Shown: piece after piece, positions 5,821 through 20,140 of the stretch
Position numbering within the stretch: the stretch's first letter is position 1
Layout: each line of letters starts with the position of its first letter
DNA from: Aliivibrio logei
GTDB lineage: Bacteria; Pseudomonadota; Gammaproteobacteria; Enterobacterales; Vibrionaceae
DNA: 24,000 nt
Assembly: GCF_964264695.1 (NCBI RefSeq)
Contig: NZ_OZ183474.1
Direction: 5' to 3' (one strand)
Notes under the pieces: generated by a model
What the model was told of the DNA's origin: nothing
What the model saw: the letters and a program-made list of their open reading frames with translations, nothing else
Database searches by the model: none
Program-made: the position numbers and the translations under genes

Positions 5821-8730
5821 TTAAGTTATATAGTGATTAATATCAATATCGTCACATTGTTCAGGCTTTAAATACGCTTTTGCATATTTACTATAAAGAC
5901 CTGAGGTTAAAAATAAATTAAATAAGTCTTTATCTATATGTTGATCTTTAACCATAAAATTCATGATTTTTAGAGATTCAGATAAAGTTTTTGCTTTTTT
6001 GTATGGTCTATCATGACTTGTTAGGGCTTCAAAAATATCGGCGATAGCCATTGCTCGTGCTGTTAATGGCATTTCTTCGGCTTTAAGGCCCATTGGATAA
6101 CCGGTTCCGTCAACTTTTTCGTGATGACCCCCCGCAATTTTGGGAATATGTTTCATCGTTTTAGGGAATGGAAGTGCTTCTAGCATTTTAATGGTTTGAA
6201 TTATATGGTCATTTATTGTAAATCGTTCTTCATTATTTAATGTACCACGCTGAATAGATAGGTTATACGCTTCACCTATGTTATTTTTATATTCAGGTGT
6301 TTGTAGAGTAAATCGCTCATCTTGAGTTAAATTTTCTGAATTCGGGATTAGGTGAGATTGGTTATCTTGTAACAGAGTAACTGTTGTCGGTAATTGAGTT
6401 TTATCAGTATTATTTAAACGAGCTTGCTCTTCCCAAGCAAGGCCAAGGTTACTGTCGAGAGTTTGTTCCCATGTTTGTTGACCAATAGTCTGTATTTGCT
6501 TTGCGTCTTGCTCTGATAAAAATTCATCGCCAAGATTTACTCTAGCAATAAGAGCGAATTCTTTATCTAATCGCTGCCATTCTTGTTCTAATTTTTCTTT
6601 GTGTGTAGTAGGCAATACACTGTTAGAGGCTTGTCGCCATTGCTTGATTTCTGCATCACGCTTTAAAACTTCAAACCGAGTTCTTATTTCATGTATTCGA
6701 TTATAAATTGTCTCTAGTTTTGTTGCTTTATCTACTACATATTCTGGTGTCGTAATTTTCCCACAATCATGTAACCATGAAGCAATTCTGAGCTCTTCTT
6801 TTTCTGTTGCATTCAGTGTGAAATCTTTGAATTCAGGGGCTGATGAGTCGCTCGCAACTTTGGAAAGCCATTGAGTAAGCTCAGGGACTTTTTGACAATG
6901 ATTTCCAGTGTATGGTGATTTTGTATCAATAGCGCTTGCCATGACTTGAATAAATGATTCGAGTAACCCTTTTTGATTTTTCAGCATTTTCCGCCCATGA
7001 AGGGCAATGGCAGTAAAATTCATTAAGGACTCAAAGTAATTGAGTTTATCGTTACGTATAGATTCTCTATTTTTAATATTAAAAACCAAGACCATGGCAC
7101 CAATAGTTTGCTTTCCTTTTGTAAATAATGGGAAAGTGAGTGACCATGTGTCTTCATCTTTTAATCCCAATTTTTTTTGTTCACTTATATCGAGTTTTTG
7201 AATGCTTAAACCTTCAAAGGGTTTCTTTTTAACCATTATATATTCAAGAACTTTAGCTATTTTTTTATCATCAAGAGAGTAACGTTTTAATTCACTAATA
7301 TCTTCGTCTTGACCGTTGGCACGCCACGCAAATTGAGGTTCTATGTATGTTCCATCATCATTAATTAGATAAAGATAAGCCCCCGCCGCTTGCGTTGCAT
7401 TAGCTGTCCCGCGTCCTATAATTTGTATTAGTTCATCAATCTCGTATTCCTCTAATATTGAATTTGTTAGGTTGAAGTAATTTTCTATTGCTGATTTCAT
7501 GTCTGAAATAGATTTTTTGAGATCCGATATTTCAAGTATTTGTGTGGGAGTTTGATTTATAAATGAAAAATCGAATTTGGATATTAAACTTGCTTGCTTT
7601 GTCGCTTGGCGTATTGGTCTTGATATTCTTTGTGATATTAAATAAACACAAGGAATAGCCAAAAATAATATACCTAAAGACCAGAGTATTGTTTGTTGGC
7701 GAATGAGCTGAGCACTAGAGAGCAGTTCAGAGGCTTTTACCGCAATGAGTAAATTTAATGAACGTTCTGAATTAATTGGAACGGAAAATATCTTCCCATA
7801 CCAATTCTCTCCTTTATGTTGATACCGTTGAATATCCTGATCTAAATGAAGTTTTTTAATGGCTCTTACTATTTCTGAGTTAAATAAATCGTCTAACTTA
7901 ATAACGGAGTTTTCTTTATCTTTCATTAAGGAAAGGTGGGATGAATTACTGGCATAAATAATATTTTCTTCATCATAAAGCACTCTAAGTGATGATGGAT
8001 GGATAGAGGTACTTTTTAATACGTGGCTAATATTTTGCATTAAGATATCTGCACTAACCACGACATTATTAGCTGCTTTCTGATGGATAGATAAGCCAAA
8101 TTGTTGTAATCCAGAAAGATAGCGAGGCTTAGATAAGAGGATTTTTTCTTTAACGGATTGTTTAAACCAAGTCTCTTTTTTTGGGGGGTACTGAAGGTCG
8201 GTGAGCACTTGTGATGTTATGAGACGGGCTTCAATATCATAAAAAAAGATAGTGGTGTTATTTATTTTGTCAGCGGTGTGATGAATAAAAAAATAATAGG
8301 TATTGTCAGGTGTATTTAACTTTTGTCTAAATAATGAGTCACCTAATATACCTATACCAAACCAATCTCCATTTGGAAAGGTGATGTGATAAGTTGAAAC
8401 ATGTTTATGTAGATCTAACAGCATGGCAAACTCGTTAAAGTAAGCTCTGCGTTGTGCTAATGTTTCGGTGTTTATAATGTCTCTTTTGGTAAGCATAGCA
8501 ACAGACCTAAACGCAGGCCTGTATTCTCGGCGTATAGAGGACTTGGTTTCCTCCGATATCCGTTCAAAAATGGTCGAGTTAGCATTAAATAAAAGGTTAT
8601 TTATACTTTTATGTGTTAATAGTATCTGAACCGAACAAATGATGACTATCATAACGATAAACAACGTCGAAATATGAACATGCAATGGAAAGATGAGTTT
8701 ATTTTTTATTTTTTTTATTCGAGATATCAT
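5821..8730 (-). CDS. Membrane-bound sensor HD-GYP domain protein (periplasmic domain, TM, GAF-like region, HD-GYP c-di-GMP phosphodiesterase)
   Basis: HD motif WLHDCGKITTP and GGHHEKVDGTGYPMGL are present. Two hydrophobic segments (STLFIVMIVIICSVQILL and ILWSLGILFLAIPCVYLI) bracket a ~300-aa extracytoplasmic region. I place the start at ATG 8730 (MISRIKK...). The ORF-track start at 8775 is a TTG that adds 15 residues. Confidence 0.85.
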   Translation of the reverse strand: MISRIKKIKNKLIFPLHVHISTLFIVMIVIICSVQILLTHKSINNLLFNANSTIFERISEETKSSIRREYRPAFRSVAMLTKRDIINTETLAQRRAYFNEFAMLLDLHKHVSTYHITFPNGDWFGIGILGDSLFRQKLNTPDNTYYFFIHHTADKINNTTIFFYDIEARLITSQVLTDLQYPPKKETWFKQSVKEKILLSKPRYLSGLQQFGLSIHQKAANNVVVSADILMQNISHVLKSTSIHPSSLRVLYDEENIIYASNSSHLSLMKDKENSVIKLDDLFNSEIVRAIKKLHLDQDIQRYQHKGENWYGKIFSVPINSERSLNLLIAVKASELLSSAQLIRQQTILWSLGILFLAIPCVYLISQRISRPIRQATKQASLISKFDFSFINQTPTQILEISDLKKSISDMKSAIENYFNLTNSILEEYEIDELIQIIGRGTANATQAAGAYLYLINDDGTYIEPQFAWRANGQDEDISELKRYSLDDKKIAKVLEYIMVKKKPFEGLSIQKLDISEQKKLGLKDEDTWSLTFPLFTKGKQTIGAMVLVFNIKNRESIRNDKLNYFESLMNFTAIALHGRKMLKNQKGLLESFIQVMASAIDTKSPYTGNHCQKVPELTQWLSKVASDSSAPEFKDFTLNATEKEELRIASWLHDCGKITTPEYVVDKATKLETIYNRIHEIRTRFEVLKRDAEIKQWRQASNSVLPTTHKEKLEQEWQRLDKEFALIARVNLGDEFLSEQDAKQIQTIGQQTWEQTLDSNLGLAWEEQARLNNTDKTQLPTTVTLLQDNQSHLIPNSENLTQDERFTLQTPEYKNNIGEAYNLSIQRGTLNNEERFTINDHIIQTIKMLEALPFPKTMKHIPKIAGGHHEKVDGTGYPMGLKAEEMPLTARAMAIADIFEALTSHDRPYKKAKTLSESLKIMNFMVKDQHIDKDLFNLFLTSGLYSKYAKAYLKPEQCDDIDINHYIT

Positions 8731-8822
8731 AACGCACCATTTATTTTTATTATCTAGAATAAACGTAGTGCACAAACGGTAAAAAATCGATATCTATGTA
8801 TGCTTAAGGTGTTAATTAAAAT

Positions 8823-8859
8823 AAAAAACCGAGAGTAGCTATACTCTCGGTTTAGTTTT
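8823..8859 (-). terminator. Rho-independent terminator after the APC permease gene
   Basis: 9-bp stem CCGAGAGTA/TACTCTCGG (8829-8837 / 8842-8850), followed on the minus strand by TTTTTT. Confidence 0.75.
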
Positions 8860-8880
8860 ACTTAATTAAAAACTGGTGAA

Positions 8881-10353
<1,473 letters not shown>

Positions 10354-10457
10354 TTAGTCGCGATTTACGATCCAATCTCTCCCTATTATTTGGCTCTGAA
10401 TATATTTCCAGATGCCATTTATTTTTATTATTGTTTTCTGGTACTTATCTTGATTTG

Positions 10458-14041
<3,584 letters not shown>

Positions 14042-14293
14042 TTATAAATAGGTAATTAATAACTCTCTGGTAAAAGATATTAACTAAAGTTTTAGTAAAA
14101 CAAATCGGTAAATTGTTTTACTTTTAACTTGGTCACATATTGAACTGAGCTTTGTGAGCTTGGTAACGTTAATAAGAGTTGTAGAAACAATTCATTAACC
14201 TTAATTGATTAATAAATAGATAAAATAATCGTGAAATGATGGTGTATTGTGCAGAAATAGAAAAGAGTAGAGTAAATCGTTAAAATTTAGGTG

Positions 14294-14326
14294 CAAAAAA
14301 AGCAGCGTGATAAACGCTGCTTTTAT
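14294..14326 (-). terminator. Rho-independent terminator after ebgR (bidirectional shape)
   Basis: Stem AGCAGCG/CGCTGCT (14301-14307 / 14315-14321) with an A7 run on one side and a T-run on the other. Confidence 0.75.
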
Positions 14327-14348
14327 TAAAATAAAAAAGAGTTTTTAG

Positions 14349-15344
<996 letters not shown>

Positions 15345-15445
15345 TCATCCTCCAGCCTTTATTTATTAATATGCCAGTATATTACTGAATAAATGATGAC
15401 TTTGATACTTAAATGTTATTTTTACTAAAGTTTTACTTACTTTCG

Positions 15446-16225
15446 CTATCGTGACTTTTGATATAAGAATCCAATAGGGGCAACAGATTGATTAAATAGA
15501 CGTTTTCTTTGTGCTAAAAACAGTTCGGCGGTTGAAATAGCATCGACTAAAGCGTGATGAGCAGGGTAGTTAGGCAGTTTATATTGGCGTCTGAGAGAGA
15601 ATAAACGGAAATCTCTTTGATGGCGATTATATTCAATTGTATTTTGTTCAATTCTCAATGTGTCTAACCAAACCATTGGCAGACTTGGAAAGTGGTGTGA
15701 CAGAAAGAATTGTTCTAAAAAACGCTGCTCTATTGTCGCACCATGAACAATTAAGATACTGTTTGGAAGGCTTGTAAAGAACCGTTCCATTGCCTTTTCA
15801 ATTGAGATACCCGACTTTTGCTGTTCAGGAAGAATATGATGCAATGAACGTGCTGTATGATCTATCTCTGAGCCTCCAGAAATAGAGCTTTCTACTGTAG
15901 GTTCATTGATTATGTAATGTTGAGCGGTGTTAAGCTTAATTGTATTTTTAATAATATGAACCCAACCGATACTCACAATATGGTCGCTTTCTGGATTTAG
16001 CCCTGAGGTTTCAAAATCTACGACAGTAAAGGTCATGTTATTACTGTCTTCTTTTGGGCTTGGATAAGGAGATTCAAGCAAACTTGTTAAGTAATTCGGT
16101 AGCGCTACATCTTGTGTTATTAACGTTTGTCTTTGTTCTTCTAAATGAATCAATGGATGGCGATTAGAAAATAAGTCCATCATGTGGCTGATTATATTTT
16201 TGTTCGTTAATGATTTATTTGGCAT
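15446..16225 (-). CDS. DEDDh 3'-5' exonuclease, DNA polymerase III epsilon-like
   Basis: Exo I motif VVDFETSGL and Exo III motif HHALVDAISTAELF are present. The start codon lies 3 nt after the stop of the upstream gene (TAA CAA ATG). Confidence 0.85.
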   Translation of the reverse strand: MPNKSLTNKNIISHMMDLFSNRHPLIHLEEQRQTLITQDVALPNYLTSLLESPYPSPKEDSNNMTFTVVDFETSGLNPESDHIVSIGWVHIIKNTIKLNTAQHYIINEPTVESSISGGSEIDHTARSLHHILPEQQKSGISIEKAMERFFTSLPNSILIVHGATIEQRFLEQFFLSHHFPSLPMVWLDTLRIEQNTIEYNRHQRDFRLFSLRRQYKLPNYPAHHALVDAISTAELFLAQRKRLFNQSVAPIGFLYQKSR

Positions 16226-16228
16226 TTG

Positions 16229-18088
16229 TTAGACACCAAACTTCATTTTCATTAACTCTTGAAAGCTTGACACAATACGGAACGCATCTTTTATATGCTG
16301 ACGTTCAAAACTACCAAATAAATCTGGTTGAAGTTGATTATCAATGGGTTTTTCATTTTGTATTGCTTGTAATTGGTGCTGAAATCTCAGGCGATTAACA
16401 TAATGATAGGTTTCACTGAGATCTTGATAAGTGACATCATTTAACACGTTATTCTCATGCAAAAATTCCATCCGCTCACTCGTGTTTAGTGCTGTTCCTC
16501 CTTCCATTAATGAATGAATACGAATGAAATCGACCATGCAAGAAATAGCGGCTTTTTTGATATTTAATACTTTATTATTATTGCCGTCCTTTTCTAATAC
16601 TAGGTGTTTAAATATTCCCAGTGGTGGACGTGTTCTCAAGGTATTACGAAGCATTGCGATAGTGAGTGACATATTTTTACTAACCAATTCATGACGGCAA
16701 GCATCAACATTCTCAAATAGGTCTTCATCGCCATAAACAGGACGAATTTCTAGAAAAACATTTAGGTTAAGCAATAAATCATATTCAGGGTTAGTACTCC
16801 ATTTACGATAATATTCCTGCCAGATGTGCGCTTTTTGACACCACTTAGGTGTCGCTGCCATAAAGCGCCCTGTACATAAGCTGTAATCCAATTCAGAAAG
16901 TGCTTTACACACGTACATTGCAAAGTGATTGAAATAAATCCTATCAGATCCCGTAGCATCGTCAGAAAGAATGATGGCATTGTCTTGATCTGAGGCTAAG
17001 TGCACTTCGTTTCGAGCATGAGACCCTGCGACTATCCAAGTAAACTTACAAGGCGGTTGACCAAATTGTTCAATGGCGAGTTCGATTAATCGATAAGTGA
17101 AAGCATCATAAATCATACTCAGAACTTGTCCGATAATGGTTGGTGATGCGTTACTCTCCATCATGCCCTTAAATACAACACCGCGTTCTTTCGATAACTC
17201 AATTAAAGTTGCAATTGAATCGGCGTGACGGATCTTATCGAGTAAGAAGATAGATTGAACACTGTCGTTCTGAATTAAATGTTGTGGAGTAATAAATCCC
17301 GTGACTTGTTTTTGATGATTAAGTACCGGAATATTTTGAATACTGTGCTTCATCATTAAATGAACCGCGCTCATCACTAGTTCATCTTCGTAAACGGTAT
17401 GAATATCTTCAGTCATGATAGAACTGATGGGGTCATGTACATTTCTAGCTTGAGCAACAACACGCTTCGTCATGTCTTTGTCGGTAATCATTCCGATCAA
17501 TGCGTTGCTTTCATCGACAACAAACGCGCAAGAAACCCCAATAACATTGCGCATTTGATAGGCGACTTCTTGAATGCTATTAGTTGGAGAGACAATGGCT
17601 ATTTTTGTATCGGCAATATCGCTATTAGGACGAAGATAGTTCAGATGTGTATGTTGGTCACTGTCTTGCATAGCATCTTGTGCTCGTAAACGAGTCTTTA
17701 AACTTAAAGCAAGTGATGAAGCTACTTGGGGGTAAGCTTCAACAGAGACGATGAGTGACGCGTAATCAAAACGATAAAGAAGTGTATTCTCTATAGCGAA
17801 AATAGAGTAGCCAAACTCGGTATTATTTTGTTGTAGATTAAAACCAAAAATGTCTTCTTCTCCTAGCTTGGCTCGGAGGGTTCCATCAAGGTTATTCTGC
17901 TGCACAACACCAGTTCGAATAATATAAAGATGGGTAGCTTCGTCATCATTCTTGATAGTTTCTTCAGGGCCAAGTAATAAAATATCTACGGTCTGAGCAA
18001 TATCATTAAGTGTCGTTTGAGGTAATAGATTAAAAGGGTAAATCGTCTGCAAGAAGGAAACAATGTTAGGGAGGAGTTCATTATTCAT
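16229..18088 (-). CDS. cNMP-binding domain + tandem CBS + DUF294-type (GlnD-like) nucleotidyltransferase protein
   Basis: Four regions in order. N-terminal cyclic-nucleotide-binding-like region (HLYIIRTGVV...LGEEDIFGF). Two CBS-like segments (...LIGMITDKDM..., ...VTGFITPQHL...). Pol-beta-type NTase signature AGSHARNEVHLASDQDNAII (G-S...D-x-D). A C-terminal helical region typical of DUF294_C. Confidence 0.85.
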   Translation of the reverse strand: MNNELLPNIVSFLQTIYPFNLLPQTTLNDIAQTVDILLLGPEETIKNDDEATHLYIIRTGVVQQNNLDGTLRAKLGEEDIFGFNLQQNNTEFGYSIFAIENTLLYRFDYASLIVSVEAYPQVASSLALSLKTRLRAQDAMQDSDQHTHLNYLRPNSDIADTKIAIVSPTNSIQEVAYQMRNVIGVSCAFVVDESNALIGMITDKDMTKRVVAQARNVHDPISSIMTEDIHTVYEDELVMSAVHLMMKHSIQNIPVLNHQKQVTGFITPQHLIQNDSVQSIFLLDKIRHADSIATLIELSKERGVVFKGMMESNASPTIIGQVLSMIYDAFTYRLIELAIEQFGQPPCKFTWIVAGSHARNEVHLASDQDNAIILSDDATGSDRIYFNHFAMYVCKALSELDYSLCTGRFMAATPKWCQKAHIWQEYYRKWSTNPEYDLLLNLNVFLEIRPVYGDEDLFENVDACRHELVSKNMSLTIAMLRNTLRTRPPLGIFKHLVLEKDGNNNKVLNIKKAAISCMVDFIRIHSLMEGGTALNTSERMEFLHENNVLNDVTYQDLSETYHYVNRLRFQHQLQAIQNEKPIDNQLQPDLFGSFERQHIKDAFRIVSSFQELMKMKFGV

Positions 18089-18149
18089 ATCGGTTGTGCC
18101 TTCTTAGTGTTTAATTTTATCAATGCCTTTTACCTTAAGCTAGTATTGA

Positions 18150-18214
18150 AGGCTATTCATAGTAATTACAATAAAGCGATAATTACTATGAATAGCCTCA
18201 TCACAAGATGAGGC
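18150..18214 (-). terminator. Two overlapping hairpins downstream of sglT (probable terminator region)
   Basis: Perfect 19-bp stem AGGCTATTCATAGTAATTA / TAATTACTATGAATAGCCT (18150-18168 / 18180-18198, 11-nt loop). An 8-bp stem GCCTCATC/GATGAGGC (18195-18202 / 18207-18214) shares GCCT with it. The region starts 10 bp after the sglT stop. Confidence 0.55.
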
Positions 18215-18223
18215 TAGAGAAGA

Positions 18224-19855
18224 TTACCAGAATACTGAGTACAGCACTGCAAGAATAATCACAACTATGTAAGCGGCCATGTTGAAACTACGCTCAGTAG
18301 TAAACATGGAAGAATCTAAGGCGATCGCTTTAGGGTCATCATCATGTTCTGAATTACTCAGGCTAGTAAATGCAATCACTGCCATTGTAAATAGAAGTGT
18401 GTATAGCATTTGATCCATGAAAGGCATATTTAACGGCATAAATTTTAAGAATAGTGCGAATGGAATAGATACTATCACGCCAGTAACTGCGCCTTTACTG
18501 TTGGTTTTTTTCCAAAATAAACCCAATAAGAAAACAGCTAAGATACCTGGACTAACTAAACCTGTATATTCTTGAATATATTGGAATGCTTGACCAAGAT
18601 TACTTAGCATTGGTGCAATTAGACAAGCAATGATTAACGCGACGATAGCTGACATTCGGCCTACATTTACAAGCTTATGATCACCTGTATTTTTCCCTAT
18701 GTATTCTTTGTAAATATCCATAGTGAAAATAGTAGCGGTTGAGTTCAGCATTGAAGCCAATGATGAAACAATTGCTGCAGCTAAAGCCGCAAAAACGATA
18801 CCTTTAAAGCCAACAGGTAAGAATTGAGTTAGCCAAGGATAGGCTTTATCGGCATGAGCAAGAGAGGGCATATTTGTTGTTGCTACATTACCAAGCTGTG
18901 ACATCAATTCTGGTGATGTTGTTATTACATAAGCTGCAATACCCGGAACAACGACAAGGAATGGTACGATTAATTTTAAGAATGCTGCAAAAATAATCCC
19001 TTTTTGTGCTTCAGCTATCGATTTTGCCGCTAATGTTCGTTGAATTATGTATTGGTTAAAGCCCCAGTAATATAGATTTGCAACCCATAAACCACCAATG
19101 AGAACCGCAATACCAGGTAAGTTCATATATTGAGGATTACTTTGATCTAAGATCATCTCAAAATGTTCTGGTGCTGCTTCAGCCATTTTAGATAAACCGC
19201 TGAACCAACCATCAGATCCGCCAATAAAGTCCACTGCCATATAAGTGGTTAATAGACCACCAAGAATTAGGAAGAAAACTTGTATAACGTCTGTCCACAC
19301 AACCGCAGATAGGCCACCATAAATAGAGTAAGCTAATGCAAATAGAGCTAAACCAAGAATAGAGTACATGAGTGGAATACCAAGGATAGTTTGTAATGCA
19401 AGCCCACCTAAGTACAATACAGAGGTTAAGTTTACGAATACATACAATGCAATCCAGAATATGGCTAAGATAGTTTTTAAGTTTTTGTTAAAGCGTTTTT
19501 CTACAAACTCTGGAATAGTGTAAATGCCTTTATCAATAAATATTGGCAGGAAGTACTTACCAACAATAATCAATGTAATTGCAGCCATCCATTCATATGA
19601 AGCAATAGCTAAACCAATCGAAAAGCCAGAACCTGACATTCCAATAAACTGTTCAGCTGAAATGTTAGCAGCAATTAATGATGAACCTACTGCCCACCAA
19701 GGAAGCGATTTTCCTGCGAGAAAGTATTCTTCTGTACTTTTTTGAGAGCCTTTTTTATCTCTCGATACCCAGAGACCAACGCCGATAATAATTGCTACAT
19801 AGAGAGCAAAAACAATGATGTCGACAACTCCTAATCCATTTTCTATATCAGACAT
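18224..19855 (-). CDS. sglT: Sodium/galactose symporter, SSS family (vSGLT orthologue)
   Basis: Highly similar along its length to V. parahaemolyticus vSGLT as I recall it (MSxIExGL...YVAIIIGVGLWVSRDKKG.QKSTE.YFLAGKSLPWWAVG...). Starting at ATG 19855 gives 543 aa, the vSGLT length. The ORF-track start at 19936 would put a GalR-type operator inside the coding region. Confidence 0.9.
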   Translation of the reverse strand: MSDIENGLGVVDIIVFALYVAIIIGVGLWVSRDKKGSQKSTEEYFLAGKSLPWWAVGSSLIAANISAEQFIGMSGSGFSIGLAIASYEWMAAITLIIVGKYFLPIFIDKGIYTIPEFVEKRFNKNLKTILAIFWIALYVFVNLTSVLYLGGLALQTILGIPLMYSILGLALFALAYSIYGGLSAVVWTDVIQVFFLILGGLLTTYMAVDFIGGSDGWFSGLSKMAEAAPEHFEMILDQSNPQYMNLPGIAVLIGGLWVANLYYWGFNQYIIQRTLAAKSIAEAQKGIIFAAFLKLIVPFLVVVPGIAAYVITTSPELMSQLGNVATTNMPSLAHADKAYPWLTQFLPVGFKGIVFAALAAAIVSSLASMLNSTATIFTMDIYKEYIGKNTGDHKLVNVGRMSAIVALIIACLIAPMLSNLGQAFQYIQEYTGLVSPGILAVFLLGLFWKKTNSKGAVTGVIVSIPFALFLKFMPLNMPFMDQMLYTLLFTMAVIAFTSLSNSEHDDDPKAIALDSSMFTTERSFNMAAYIVVIILAVLYSVFW

Positions 19856-19896
19856 AGCATTAAACCTACCACTTGTTGTTTTGATTGAAGTTGGAT

Positions 19897-19913
19897 TGTA
19901 AACGTTTACACTT
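19897..19913. promoter_or_regulatory. GalR-type (LacI-family) operator, sglT-proximal
   Basis: Perfect 14-bp palindrome TGTAAACGTTTACA (19897-19910). The 17-mer AAGTGTAAACGTTTACA read on the minus strand is identical to the site at 20048-20064. GTGTAAACG equals the left half of the E. coli gal OE operator. It lies 42-55 bp upstream of the sglT ATG. Confidence 0.7.
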
Positions 19914-19921
19914 TTAAGTGT

Positions 19922-19937
19922 GGTGATAGGTGTCACA
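19922..19937. promoter_or_regulatory. Candidate CRP binding site
   Basis: GGTGA-TAGGTG-TCACA matches 9 of 10 positions of the TGTGA-N6-TCACA core. It lies 67-82 bp upstream of the sglT ATG. Confidence 0.45.
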
Positions 19938-20047
19938 AAGTGTTACAAATAGAATTAATTTTAAATAAACTTTGTAAGTCATTGTTTTTTTTATTGTATA
20001 GAAAGGGAGGAGGCGTGTTTTAAGCGTGGCTGTGTTATTTTTTTAAT

Positions 20048-20064
20048 AAGTGTAAACGTTTACA
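20048..20064. promoter_or_regulatory. GalR-type (LacI-family) operator, galE-proximal
   Basis: AAGTGTAAACGTTTACA contains the same perfect 14-bp palindrome (20051-20064). It lies 77-90 bp upstream of the galE ATG. Confidence 0.7.
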
Positions 20065-20140
20065 TTTATTTGAAAGTGATCACGATATTATTTTAAATGC
20101 ACTGGTAAACTTTACTAAAATCTAGCAGGAAGAGTTAATC

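Noticed and set aside
8731-8775. N-terminal extension of the HD-GYP ORF (TTG start); likewise 19856-19936 for sglT and 21222-21236 for galT
   Set aside because: Internal ATG starts reproduce the N-termini and lengths of known orthologues: vSGLT at 543 aa, and GalT beginning just before FNPVDHPH. The sglT extension would also place an operator palindrome inside coding sequence.
14094-14168. 10-bp inverted repeat AGTAAAACAA-N9-TTGTTTTACT and two CRP half-site-like sequences (TTTTA-N6-TCACA at 14122-14137; TGTGA-N6-TAACG at 14153-14168) upstream of ebgA
   Set aside because: A 10-bp AT-rich inverted repeat at short range is roughly expected by chance in 24 kb. Each CRP candidate has only one good half-site.
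16210-17689. ORFs 16210-16398 (+), 16762-16980 (-) and 17399-17689 (+)
   Set aside because: They are embedded in or antisense to the 619-aa nucleotidyltransferase gene and lack independent support.
19524-19745. Plus-strand ORF antisense to sglT
   Set aside because: It is a shadow frame within a strongly supported transporter gene.
20076-20083. GTGATCAC palindrome upstream of galE as a CRP site
   Set aside because: It has a single half-site-like GTGA and no properly spaced TCACA partner. An 8-bp palindrome is not significant on its own.
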